The position numbers and the translations under genes were made by a program. From assembly GCA_037446635.1 (NCBI GenBank), contig JBBIIG010000020.1:1-64000 (forward strand): a stretch of DNA of 64,000 nucleotides, in the 5' to 3' direction. The notes beneath the pieces are model-generated. The model was not told where the DNA came from. It ran no database searches and was given only the letters and a program-made list of their open reading frames with translations. This document shows positions 37,855 to 47,216 of the stretch, piece by piece; position 1 is the stretch's first letter, and the number at the start of each line of letters is the position of its first letter. Source of the DNA: a bacterium (GTDB lineage: Bacteria; Zhuqueibacterota; Zhuqueibacteria; Oceanimicrobiales; Oceanimicrobiaceae).

Positions 37855-39502
37855 CATTGCACAAGATCAATTAACCCAGATTAGCGAAGCCCTGCGCCGC
37901 CTGGAGACGCGGGTGAATCGCATCGAGGAATATTTAGAAATCCGGCCCGAACGCGCCGCCGCGTCTGAAATTCGCACCGCGCCGAATGGCAAGAAGGCCA
38001 CCGCCGAGGACGAGTCGCTGGAATTCAAAATCGGTGAATACTGGCTCGCCCATCTGGGAACAGTGGTGCTGCTCATGGGAATTGCCTTTTTTCTCAGCTA
38101 TCCCTTCACAACTTTTCCGGCCATCCTGGTGAGTTTGATCGGTTTTCTGGCGGTGGGCGCTATTGTCGGCCTTTCGCGTTACTGGCAGAAAACCTATCCC
38201 TATCTCTCGAAAATTCTATTTGTCGGCGGCTTAGTTTTGCTCTATTTCGCCACTCTGCGCATGCACTTTTTTAATCCAAATCCGGTGCTGACGAACAAGA
38301 TTGTAGCCTTAGCTGCGGTGGTGGCGATTTTAGCCGTGATGTTTTATCTCGCCACGAAACGGAACAGCGAGCTTCTAACCGGCATCACGTTATTTCTCTG
38401 CTTTGCCACGAGTTTGATGAGTGAAACCACCAATTTTGCGCTGATATTCGTCGCCATTTCCGCCGCCGCGGGCGCGTATGTTTTAACCACCCGCAATTGG
38501 CAGCGGGTCGCCCTGATGAGCATCGTGCTGGCTTACTCGGCGCATCTGCTCTGGATGCTCAACAACCCGCTTTTAGGCAACCCGCTGCAGGCGATTGCCG
38601 AGCATCACAACAACCTGATTTATGTTTTTCTCTACGCTGCTATTTTCGCCCTCGCCAACCTGTTCCGCGATAAATCCGCCTACACCGACTACAGTGAACT
38701 GCTGCTCACCCTCACCAACGGCCTGGGCTTTTTCGTGGTGAGCGCGCTGGTGGTGCTGACCTACTACAAACCTCAGATTGCATTTTTAAATTTGATTATT
38801 GCAGTTTTTTTTGTTAGCTTGGCCATTGTGAACTGGCAGCGCCACCACAGCCGATTTGCTTCCGCGCTCTACACCTGTTTTGGAAATTTAGCACTGAGCA
38901 TCGCCATTTTTTCGCAATTCAAATCTCCCGATTATTTTATCTGGCTGGGGTGGCAGAGCTTGTTGGCGATCTCGCTGGCCATCTGGTTTCATTCGCGCAT
39001 TATTACGCTGGTGAATTTTCTCATTTATTTTGGGATTTTTTTAGCTTATTGGCGTTTGTCGCCACCCAACGATTTTGTGAATCTAAGTTACGCAGTAGTG
39101 GCGCTTTCAAGTGCCCGGCTTCTGAACTGGAAAAAGGAGCGGCTGGAACTAAAGACCGACATGATTCGCAACGCCTACTTAGCCTCGGCGTTTATCATCG
39201 TGCTTTATGGCTTGCATCACGCGGTGCCGAGCAGGTTTGTCAGCTTGAGTTGGCTGGCGGCGGCGCTGTTCTACTTTGGCATGAGCGTGCTGCTTCATAA
39301 AAACATCAAATATCGCTGGATGGGAATTTTGACTATTTTTGCGACCCTGCTGCGGGTGATTTTTATCGACATGGCCAATTTGAGCGCCGAGTTTCGCATC
39401 ATTTTGTTTTTAGCGATGGGGCTGGTTTTGTTGGGGGTGTCGTTGATCTACACCCGGTATCACCGCGCGGCAACCCGCCCGCCGGCGCGGCCAGGCCATT
39501 AA
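37844..39502 (+). CDS. Polytopic membrane protein (DUF2339-like)
   Basis: N-terminal coiled coil, LEFKIGEYWL, many TM helices, RIILFLAMG C-terminus. Confidence 0.7.
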   Translation: MASNIAQDQLTQISEALRRLETRVNRIEEYLEIRPERAAASEIRTAPNGKKATAEDESLEFKIGEYWLAHLGTVVLLMGIAFFLSYPFTTFPAILVSLIGFLAVGAIVGLSRYWQKTYPYLSKILFVGGLVLLYFATLRMHFFNPNPVLTNKIVALAAVVAILAVMFYLATKRNSELLTGITLFLCFATSLMSETTNFALIFVAISAAAGAYVLTTRNWQRVALMSIVLAYSAHLLWMLNNPLLGNPLQAIAEHHNNLIYVFLYAAIFALANLFRDKSAYTDYSELLLTLTNGLGFFVVSALVVLTYYKPQIAFLNLIIAVFFVSLAIVNWQRHHSRFASALYTCFGNLALSIAIFSQFKSPDYFIWLGWQSLLAISLAIWFHSRIITLVNFLIYFGIFLAYWRLSPPNDFVNLSYAVVALSSARLLNWKKERLELKTDMIRNAYLASAFIIVLYGLHHAVPSRFVSLSWLAAALFYFGMSVLLHKNIKYRWMGILTIFATLLRVIFIDMANLSAEFRIILFLAMGLVLLGVSLIYTRYHRAATRPPARPGH

Positions 39503-39516
39503 AAGTAATCAGCAAA

Positions 39517-39750
39517 AATCCGAAATCCGAAACTCGAAATCCGAAACAAACTCAAAATAGCAAAGTCAATCAAATTCAAAACATGATACCAATTGACGCC
39601 GTGAGCAGACCGCGATAAAAGTCCACTGGGAGCTGAAGGGACGAGATGACGACGCTCTTATTCGATATTTGAAATTCGTATTTGTTTCGGGTTGCGGATT
39701 TTCCGCCAAAGGCGGATTGGCCTCCGGCCGACGACATTCAAATTTTCAAA
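39517..39750. repeat. Hairpin element of AATCCGA/TCGAAAT heptamer arms with a nested CCGCCAAAGGCGG palindrome
   Basis: aatccgaaatccgaaactcgaaatccgaaac ... gtttcgggttgcggatt; related arm near 56780-56850. Confidence 0.7.
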
Positions 39751-39782
39751 CTATCCCCAATATTTGAGACACACAAAAGAAA

Positions 39783-41309
39783 GTGAGTGTTATGCAGAAG
39801 CCCAAACGGTTACCCAGTCTTTTTTATAATCCAATCAGCATGTTTGGCGCTGTGTTCGCCATCGTCAATTTTGTGGCGATTGTGACGCTGGTTTTGTTGG
39901 ACGCGATTTTGGGCCTCGCGCCGTATGCCGGCATCATCGCGTTTATCATTTTGCCGGCGTTAATGATTTTGGGGCTGATTTTCATTCCCGGCGGAATGTT
40001 TGTTGAGCGTCGCCGCCGCACCCGCCACGCCGGGGAAGAAAAGCCCCGCGCCTTTTACATCGATTTCGGCCGGCCGTCACATCGTTTTGCCAGTATCATC
40101 TTTGCTTCCGGCACGATCATTTTTATTTTGTCCACCGCCGTCGGCAGTTACCGCGCCTACGAATTCACCGAATCGGTCACCTTTTGCGGGCAAATTTGCC
40201 ACTCGGTGATGGAACCGGAATTCACCGCCTACCAGAATTCGCCGCACGCGCGCGTCACTTGCGCCGAGTGTCACGTGGGGCCGGGCGCCGGCTGGTTTGT
40301 GCGTTCCAAGCTTTCGGGCGCTTATCAGGTTTATGCCACTACCTTTAATTTATATCCCAGGCCCATACCCACTCCCATCAAAAATTTGCGCCCGGCGCGG
40401 GAAACGTGTGAAGCCTGCCACTGGCCGGAAAAATTTCACGGCTCCCAGGAAAAAATTTTCGACCATTACATGGTGGACGAAGAAAACACCAAGTGGAGCA
40501 TCCGCATGTTGATCAAAACCGGCGGCGGCAGTAAAGAAGCCGGCATCGCCGAGGGCATTCACTGGCACATGAACATCGCCAATGAGATCGATTACATCGC
40601 CACCGACGAACAGCGCCAGCAAATTGCCTGGGTGCGCATGAAAGACATGCACGGCAACGTGCGCGAATTCATTAACCAGGATAATCCCATCGCGCCGGAA
40701 GAGATGGGCAACTACGAAATGCGTCGCATGGACTGCATCGATTGCCACAACCGCCCGACGCATATTTATCACTCTCCCAGCAAAGCGCTTAACCTGGCGT
40801 TTAGCGGCGGCAAAATCGATCCAACTCTGCCCAGCGCCAAGCGCATCGCCATTGAGGCGCTGATTGCGGAAGAGTATCCCAGCGCGGATTCGGCGGCCAT
40901 CGCCATCGCGCAAAAAATTCGCGCCTCGTACGAGAGTGAGTATCCGGACATTTTGGAAACGCGCGCCGGCGCCATCGACAGCCTGATTGCTGCGGCGCAG
41001 GAGATTTATCGCAAAAACTTTTTCCCCAAAATGAAAGTGCGCTGGGATGCTTATCCCGATAACATCGGCCATTTTTTGAGCCCCGGCTGCTATCGCTGCC
41101 ACAACGGCCGCATGGTGAGCGAGGACGGCGCGGTCATCGCCAATGATTGTCGCAGCTGCCATATCATTTTATCTCAGGGGCCGCCTTTGGAAACCGACAG
41201 CCAGAGCATTAGCCCCGAGGGTCTGGAGTTTGAGCACCCGGTGGACATCGACGAGGCGTGGAGAGAGATGGCGTGCAGCGATTGCCACACGGGGACATCG
41301 CAACTTTAA
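39783..41309 (+). CDS. Extended NapC/NirT-family membrane cytochrome c (6 CxxCH + 1 CX3CH)
   Basis: Three N-terminal TM; TESVTFCGQICHSVM, SPHARVTCAECHVG, CEACH, then 4 more motifs. Confidence 0.85.
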   Translation: MSVMQKPKRLPSLFYNPISMFGAVFAIVNFVAIVTLVLLDAILGLAPYAGIIAFIILPALMILGLIFIPGGMFVERRRRTRHAGEEKPRAFYIDFGRPSHRFASIIFASGTIIFILSTAVGSYRAYEFTESVTFCGQICHSVMEPEFTAYQNSPHARVTCAECHVGPGAGWFVRSKLSGAYQVYATTFNLYPRPIPTPIKNLRPARETCEACHWPEKFHGSQEKIFDHYMVDEENTKWSIRMLIKTGGGSKEAGIAEGIHWHMNIANEIDYIATDEQRQQIAWVRMKDMHGNVREFINQDNPIAPEEMGNYEMRRMDCIDCHNRPTHIYHSPSKALNLAFSGGKIDPTLPSAKRIAIEALIAEEYPSADSAAIAIAQKIRASYESEYPDILETRAGAIDSLIAAAQEIYRKNFFPKMKVRWDAYPDNIGHFLSPGCYRCHNGRMVSEDGAVIANDCRSCHIILSQGPPLETDSQSISPEGLEFEHPVDIDEAWREMACSDCHTGTSQL

Positions 41310-41474
41310 ATAAAAGTGTATCGGGGAAAGGAGGTGAACCCAAAAAATTCTGATTACTAAACTTTAATCAAACAGGAGGTGAACCCCAAAACATACTTTT
41401 TTTATCACTCTGTATTTTAAAGTTAACGGATGAACTTCCAATCAACTAATCTTTTCTTCGAAAGGAGTTTAACC

Positions 41475-43109
41475 ATGAAAAGGGGTTTTGTTTTTTTGCT
41501 AAGCACAGCCTTCTTGCTTGCATGGTTAAGTGTGAGTCCCGCACAGGATTTGACCTACAGAGGAGTGGCCGCTTGTCAGCCGTGCCACTCGGGACCGCCA
41601 GGAGGCGACCAATTTAACTTTTGGAAAAACACGGCGCACGCTGAGGCCTATGATTTAACAGGCGCTTTCGTGCAGAGAACCGCCCGCTGTTTGGAATGCC
41701 ACACCACCGGCTGGGATACCACCGCCACTAACGACGGCGCAGATGATTTTGTGAGCGTTACCGAACCCTACAGCGGCAATTTCAACGTTACCATCACCGA
41801 TTCAACGGAGTTTTTTAAGAAGACCAACGTCCAATGCGAGTCGTGCCACGGCCCGGCATCAGCCCATGTGGCCGGAGCCTTTCAACAACCACCGGTGCTC
41901 CCTCCTTCTGACCCTAGACCAGCTGAAACCTGCGGCGAGTGCCACCAGGGCGAACACACGCCTTATCTCGAAAACTGGTTGGCATCAAAACATGCGGTTT
42001 CGGACACCAACGCCAGCGCCTTTTTGCAGGGCCGCTTTCGAAACGATCCCAACTGTTCGGGCTGTCATACCTTTCAGGGATTTATACAATTTGTTGGCAC
42101 AACCCCGGAAGATACCACCAACATTATCCCAAATGTTGACCCGCCCGGCAACGCTTCCCTGCCGCTGGTGTGCGCCGCCTGCCACGACCCCCACGACGCC
42201 AAGCACGAAGGGCAACTGCGGTTGGAGGTGGTGGATTTGTGTGTGAAATGCCACAATCCCGAGGATGCCGAGCCGCCGGATAACCCGCATCACTCCACTT
42301 CTTCTATGTTTGCCGGGAGCGGCGCGGCCGAAATTCCGGGATTTGATTACACCCGGCAGTCAGCGCACCAAGTTTTGCCGTTGACTCAAGAAAAAAAATG
42401 CGTGGCCTGCCACGTATTCATGACGGAATTCAGCGACAACGGCACGCCAGGCGATCCCTCGGATGATATTCTGGCCAACACCGGGCACACTTTCTTCCCG
42501 CGCATCGAAGCGTGTTCACAAGCAGGTTGCCATGAAACCGGGCTGGATATTCCGCCGGGCTCGCCATTCGAATTTGACCACCGCGGCCGGCGCACTTTTA
42601 CCCAAGGGCTCATCGACAGCCTGGCCGCCATCATTGCCGAGATCGAGCAAAATGTGCTGACGCCGGAAGATTCGCTGGATTACCAGATCGGGCTGTTTAA
42701 CTTGCGGTTCGCTCAGAATGAAGGCAGCATCGGCGTGCACAACCCGGAATATGCCCAGGATATTCTGGAAAGCACCATCGCTTTTCTCGACACCGCCATC
42801 GTCACCTCGGTGGAACCGTTCCCGGATCCCACCGCCGGCCTGCCGCAGCGGTTCGATCTCTATCAAAACTACCCCAACCCGTTCAACCCCAGCACAACTA
42901 TTCGTTTCGACGTGCCGGAACGGGCACACGTGAAATTGGTGGTGTACAACGCCCTCGGCCAGGAAATCGAGACGCTGGTGGATCAGGAGCTGGCGGCCAA
43001 CAGCTACAAAGTCGATTTCAACGCGGCCAGCTTGCCGTCCGGAATTTATTTCTATCGCATTATTGCAGACCAATTTGTGACCACGAAAAAGATGTTGCTT
43101 TTGAAGTGA
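41475..43109 (+). CDS. Multiheme cytochrome c (8 CxxCH + 1 CX4CH) with T9SS type A C-terminal domain
   Basis: Start moved to 41475 (AAGGAG RBS); EGSIGVHNPEY; QNYPNPFNPST...LPSGIYFY...KKMLLLK. Confidence 0.88.
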   Translation: MKRGFVFLLSTAFLLAWLSVSPAQDLTYRGVAACQPCHSGPPGGDQFNFWKNTAHAEAYDLTGAFVQRTARCLECHTTGWDTTATNDGADDFVSVTEPYSGNFNVTITDSTEFFKKTNVQCESCHGPASAHVAGAFQQPPVLPPSDPRPAETCGECHQGEHTPYLENWLASKHAVSDTNASAFLQGRFRNDPNCSGCHTFQGFIQFVGTTPEDTTNIIPNVDPPGNASLPLVCAACHDPHDAKHEGQLRLEVVDLCVKCHNPEDAEPPDNPHHSTSSMFAGSGAAEIPGFDYTRQSAHQVLPLTQEKKCVACHVFMTEFSDNGTPGDPSDDILANTGHTFFPRIEACSQAGCHETGLDIPPGSPFEFDHRGRRTFTQGLIDSLAAIIAEIEQNVLTPEDSLDYQIGLFNLRFAQNEGSIGVHNPEYAQDILESTIAFLDTAIVTSVEPFPDPTAGLPQRFDLYQNYPNPFNPSTTIRFDVPERAHVKLVVYNALGQEIETLVDQELAANSYKVDFNAASLPSGIYFYRIIADQFVTTKKMLLLK

Positions 43110-43122
43110 CCATGTTACGTGA

Positions 43123-43153
43123 CGTGCCAGGCACTTGTGACGTGCCTGGCACG
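43123..43153. repeat. Intergenic hairpin
   Basis: CGTGCCAGGCAC/GTGCCTGGCACG. Confidence 0.55.
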
Positions 43154-43178
43154 GTTACTTTAGACTGAGGAGGAAATT

Positions 43179-44462
43179 TTGAAAAAGCTTGCTCTTCTTC
43201 TCGTTGCGGTTGCAGCTCTGCCGATGCAGCTTCCCGCGCAATCGCTCAATGCCCGTTTCTCAACTTCGCTCTATTCCTATGAGCGTAACCTGTCGGAAAA
43301 TGCCACCACGAGTTACTTGCGCCTCTATCAAACCGCGCAGTTCACCGTCGGGCAACTGGCCAACAACCGGCTTTCGTTTCACTTCTTCGGGCAAATCTCG
43401 CAGGATTTGTCCGAAAAAGCCGATGACGATCCCATTCCGCGGCTGTACAACGCCTACTTGCAATGGCAGGAACGCAATGCTATTGTGAACCAGGTGAAGC
43501 TCGGGCGGCAGCGCGTTTACTCCGGCGTAGCTTATGGCGCCATCGATGGCGTCGACGTCACCGTGCGCGCCGGCAATTATTTCAAGATTGGCGGGTTTGC
43601 GGGTTTCCTCGTGCCCACCTCCAACGAAATTGAAATCGACAGTTGGGACGCCAGCCACACCTTTGGACTGCGCGCCAGCACGGACCGACTTTTAGGTTCG
43701 AAAATCCTGATCAGCTTCATGCAAAGAAACCGCCAGCCGGTGAACTACACCGAGCCCGGACAATTCACCCAAAAAATTTTAACTTTTGAAAGCCTGGAGC
43801 AGCGCCTGGTGGGAGTGGATATTTACCGCAGCTTCTCCCGGCGGCTGAATGTTTACGGCCGCTTCGACTACGATCTCGAGCACGATCGCGTGCGGCGCAC
43901 GCAGGTGGAGCTGCGCGTCTCGCCATCTCAGAAATTAGAACTCGCCGGCGAGTTCTTCCACCGCGCCCCGCTGATTGAGGCCAACTCCATTTTCACGGTG
44001 TTCGAGCAGGGCACATCGCAGGACGTGGGGCTGCGCGCCAATTATCGCATCCATCAAACCTGGTTTCTCGACGGCAATTTCGGCTATCAAATTTACGACG
44101 GCGATGAGTCCGTCCGTTTTGGATTGGGGCTGCGCTGCAAGTACGGCTACTTCGGTTACAACTTCCGCCGCGGCTACGGCGGCCAAAACAACGGCGCGTA
44201 CGCCGCATTCAATTATCAGCTCAACTCAAAATTTGGAGTGGTGGCCAGCACCGGCCTTTCGCGTTACAGCCTCTTTAATGAAGACACTGACGAGTACACT
44301 TCCATCACCGGCAGCCTCGGCGTGAATTACCGGCCGCACAAACTTTTTTCCGTCGATGCGCTGGGGCAGGGCGTACGCAACCGGTTTTTCAACAACGATT
44401 TTCGATTTTTTGTAAAAGCGAATTACTGGTTCTTCACGACGAGAGGCGCTGGAGGGCAGTGA
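43179..44462 (+). CDS. Predicted outer-membrane beta-barrel protein (candidate cytochrome-associated porin)
   Basis: GAGGAGG RBS, TTG start, signal peptide, alternating aromatic beta-strand pattern, RLYNAYL, KLGRQ, IDG. Confidence 0.65.
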   Translation: MKKLALLLVAVAALPMQLPAQSLNARFSTSLYSYERNLSENATTSYLRLYQTAQFTVGQLANNRLSFHFFGQISQDLSEKADDDPIPRLYNAYLQWQERNAIVNQVKLGRQRVYSGVAYGAIDGVDVTVRAGNYFKIGGFAGFLVPTSNEIEIDSWDASHTFGLRASTDRLLGSKILISFMQRNRQPVNYTEPGQFTQKILTFESLEQRLVGVDIYRSFSRRLNVYGRFDYDLEHDRVRRTQVELRVSPSQKLELAGEFFHRAPLIEANSIFTVFEQGTSQDVGLRANYRIHQTWFLDGNFGYQIYDGDESVRFGLGLRCKYGYFGYNFRRGYGGQNNGAYAAFNYQLNSKFGVVASTGLSRYSLFNEDTDEYTSITGSLGVNYRPHKLFSVDALGQGVRNRFFNNDFRFFVKANYWFFTTRGAGGQ

Positions 44463-44595
44463 TGGAGTTTGAAGTGATGGATTACTGGATCAATGTAACT
44501 CAAAGCTCCGCTTTGAGAGGCGCAAACCAGAAGCTTGCGTACGAATCTCCACCACTCCAACAGCCCATTGATCCAATAATCCATTAATCCACTTT
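44461..44595. repeat. REPIN-like element (GTAACTCAAAGCTCCGCTTTGAG + CGCAAAC...TTGCG) within TGGA-repeat arms
   Basis: Core nearly identical to copies at about 45500 and 49296. Confidence 0.85.
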
Positions 44596-44648
44596 CGTCT
44601 ATGAACTAAACTTCGAGCTTAGTAAGTACCTGAAACGTCAGAAATTTT

Positions 44649-45422
44649 TTGGAATACATTATCATTTGCGCCGCTGCGCTCATCACCTCCGGGTTGACGC
44701 TTTTCTCCGGATTCGGATTGGGCACGCTGTTGTTGCCGGTGTTTGCCATTTTCTTCCCAGTGGAGGCGGCCGTGGCCATGACCGCGCTGGTGCACTTGTT
44801 CAACAATATTTTTAAGCTGACGATTTACGGCAAACATTGCGAACGGGTGGTCTTGCTGCGATTTGCGCTGCCCGCCATCGCGGCGGCCTTTGGCGGCGCA
44901 TACATTCTGACATGGGTCTCGAATTTTGAACCCCTTGCGATGTACGAAATTGGTTCGCGGGTCTTTGAAATTTTACCGGTCAAAATGTTGATCGCCATGC
45001 TGATGATGGCGTTCGCCGTGTTGGAGATACATCCGAAATTTCAGCATTTGGAATTCGACCGAAAATATTTGACCATCGGCGGTTTGCTAAGTGGTTTCTT
45101 CGGCGGGCTTTCGGGACATCAGGGCGCGCTGCGCAGCGCTTTTCTGGCGCGCGCCGGTCTCAGCAAAGAGGCGTTCATCGGCACCGGGGTGGTCATCGCA
45201 TGTCTGGTTGACATCACACGTCTTTCTGTGTACAGCCGCCACTTGACGCATAGCGGAGCATTGGCAAATTGGTCTCTGCTGACCGCCGCGACGCTCTCCG
45301 CTTTTTTGGGCGTGTTTATTGGCGGCCGGCTGGTCAAAAAAATTACCATGAAAACCATTCAAACCGTGGTGTCGGTGATGCTGTTTCTGCTGGCGTTGGG
45401 TTTGGGAACGGGGCTGGTTTAA
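44649..45422 (+). CDS. TSUP (TauE/SafE) family transporter
   Basis: SGFGLGTLLLP, GLLSGFFGGLSGHQGA, about 8 TM. Confidence 0.85.
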   Translation: MEYIIICAAALITSGLTLFSGFGLGTLLLPVFAIFFPVEAAVAMTALVHLFNNIFKLTIYGKHCERVVLLRFALPAIAAAFGGAYILTWVSNFEPLAMYEIGSRVFEILPVKMLIAMLMMAFAVLEIHPKFQHLEFDRKYLTIGGLLSGFFGGLSGHQGALRSAFLARAGLSKEAFIGTGVVIACLVDITRLSVYSRHLTHSGALANWSLLTAATLSAFLGVFIGGRLVKKITMKTIQTVVSVMLFLLALGLGTGLV

Positions 45423-45466
45423 TTCACAAATTTTCGAGTAGGACAGAGCTTCATGTTTCAGCGCAG

Positions 45467-45620
45467 CGGATTAATGGATTGATGGATCAATGGATCAATT
45501 TAACTCAAAGCTCCGCTTTGAGAGGCGCAAACCAGAGGTTGCGTTACGAGTCTCCAGTGCCTGTCTGCAAGGCAGGCAATACTCCAGCACTCCAACAATC
45601 CATTAATCCAATAACCCATT
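45467..45620. repeat. REPIN-like element copy with nested GCCTGTCTGC/GGCAGGC palindrome
   Basis: taactcaaagctccgctttgagaggcgcaaaccagaggttgcgttacga; nested palindrome 45559-45577. Confidence 0.85.
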
Positions 45621-45692
45621 GTGATTTCGTTTGTGAATAATGCAGATTAAAATGGAGCGAAGAAAGCAATACAAATTTTAGAAAGGAAAAAT

Positions 45693-46922
45693 ATGAGAAA
45701 ACTGATCTGGTTGACAACGGGCAGCGGCGTGATTGCATTTTCCTTGATCATCTTCTCGTCGGATACTGATCCGCTTCGCCTACCCGCGCAGGCAAGCGGA
45801 CAGGAAAAGCCATTGAAGCGGCAGGAAGCCCTTAAGTTCTCGCACAAATATCATCAACAGGAGTTGGGCACCACCTGCGACGCCTGCCACAAAACCGCTG
45901 CGACCAGCGAACTGGCGTCGGACAAACTCCTGCCCGGTCACGACGGCTGCGCCGACTGCCACAGCGTTGATGACGAAGAGCAATGCACTACCTGTCATTT
46001 TGATGACGCCAAAACCCGCGTGGCTTTGCAGCCCACAGATCGTGAGCTTGTTTTCAGTCACAAATTTCACCTCGAGCAGGCGGGGATGACTTGTGAAACC
46101 TGCCACAAAAATCTCAACGAAGTGGAGTTTGCCAACGCCGAAAGCATGCCGACGATGGCCGACTGCAACGCCTGTCACAACAATCAAAAGGCGACGCTGG
46201 AGTGCGTCTCGTGCCACACGAGCACACTCACATTGCGGCCGGCGGATCATAGCGCGGATTTTCTGGTGACGCACAAAAACATGGCGCGCATCGATCACGA
46301 GGACTGCGCCGTCTGCCACTCCAACAACGATTGTTCCGAATGCCACGAAGGCGCGTCCCTGCTGTTCACCACTTCCGGCACGGCGGTAGACGTGCAATCG
46401 CCGAAATATGCCACGACCATGGGCACGCGCGGATTGGTTTTGCCGCGTGTTCACGAATTGAATTTCCGTTTCACCCATCCGTTGCAGGCCACTGGGCGCG
46501 CGTCCGAGTGCGCGGTGTGCCATGAAGCGCGCAGCTTCTGCCAGGATTGCCATGAATCCGAAGGCGTGGACGTGGCTGCCAAACCGCTTTGGCACGGCGG
46601 TCCGGATTGGGGCGCGCTGGCCGGCGTGGTCGGCTCCGGCGGCGGGCGCCACGCTGAGTTGGCCAAGCGCGACATTGAAAGCTGCGCCGGCTGCCACAGC
46701 ACCGAAGGCGACGATCCAACGTGTCTGCTTTGCCACACCGACTTTGATGGCATAAAAGGCACCAATCCCAAAACGCACGAAAGCGGCTTCGCCAATCGCT
46801 TCGACGCCGGCTCCAACTTCCACGATGACGCTAGCGCCTTATGCTATTCGTGCCATACCAATACCAATCAATTTGGCAACGGATTCTGCGGGTATTGCCA
46901 TGGGCCACGACCAGAAGATTAA
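45693..46922 (+). CDS. 14-heme cytochrome c (c3/c7-like repeats)
   Basis: N-terminal signal/anchor; two FSHKxH triheme repeats; 14 CxxCH. Confidence 0.9.
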   Translation: MRKLIWLTTGSGVIAFSLIIFSSDTDPLRLPAQASGQEKPLKRQEALKFSHKYHQQELGTTCDACHKTAATSELASDKLLPGHDGCADCHSVDDEEQCTTCHFDDAKTRVALQPTDRELVFSHKFHLEQAGMTCETCHKNLNEVEFANAESMPTMADCNACHNNQKATLECVSCHTSTLTLRPADHSADFLVTHKNMARIDHEDCAVCHSNNDCSECHEGASLLFTTSGTAVDVQSPKYATTMGTRGLVLPRVHELNFRFTHPLQATGRASECAVCHEARSFCQDCHESEGVDVAAKPLWHGGPDWGALAGVVGSGGGRHAELAKRDIESCAGCHSTEGDDPTCLLCHTDFDGIKGTNPKTHESGFANRFDAGSNFHDDASALCYSCHTNTNQFGNGFCGYCHGPRPED

Positions 46923-47216
46923 AATGAATGGCTCATCTAACAGGAAGTGTTGGAGCTTGTAATGGAGTGTTGGAGTGTTGGATTAATGGATTAATGGCAT
47001 TCATCAACTTCTTTTACATTGATCCATGAATCCACTACTCCACTACTCCTTCATCTAGGTTGTCAGGCCTCATTATCAACGCGCCGCTTTAATTCAGACA
47101 AAATTATCTTAAAAAACTGCTTGCTTTTCAGCGGCGAAAATTTATATTTAGACCATTTCGTCTGATTTAAACAGCCCCACCGGGCGTGTCCAATAATCAA
47201 ATCGTCATTGAGGGAG

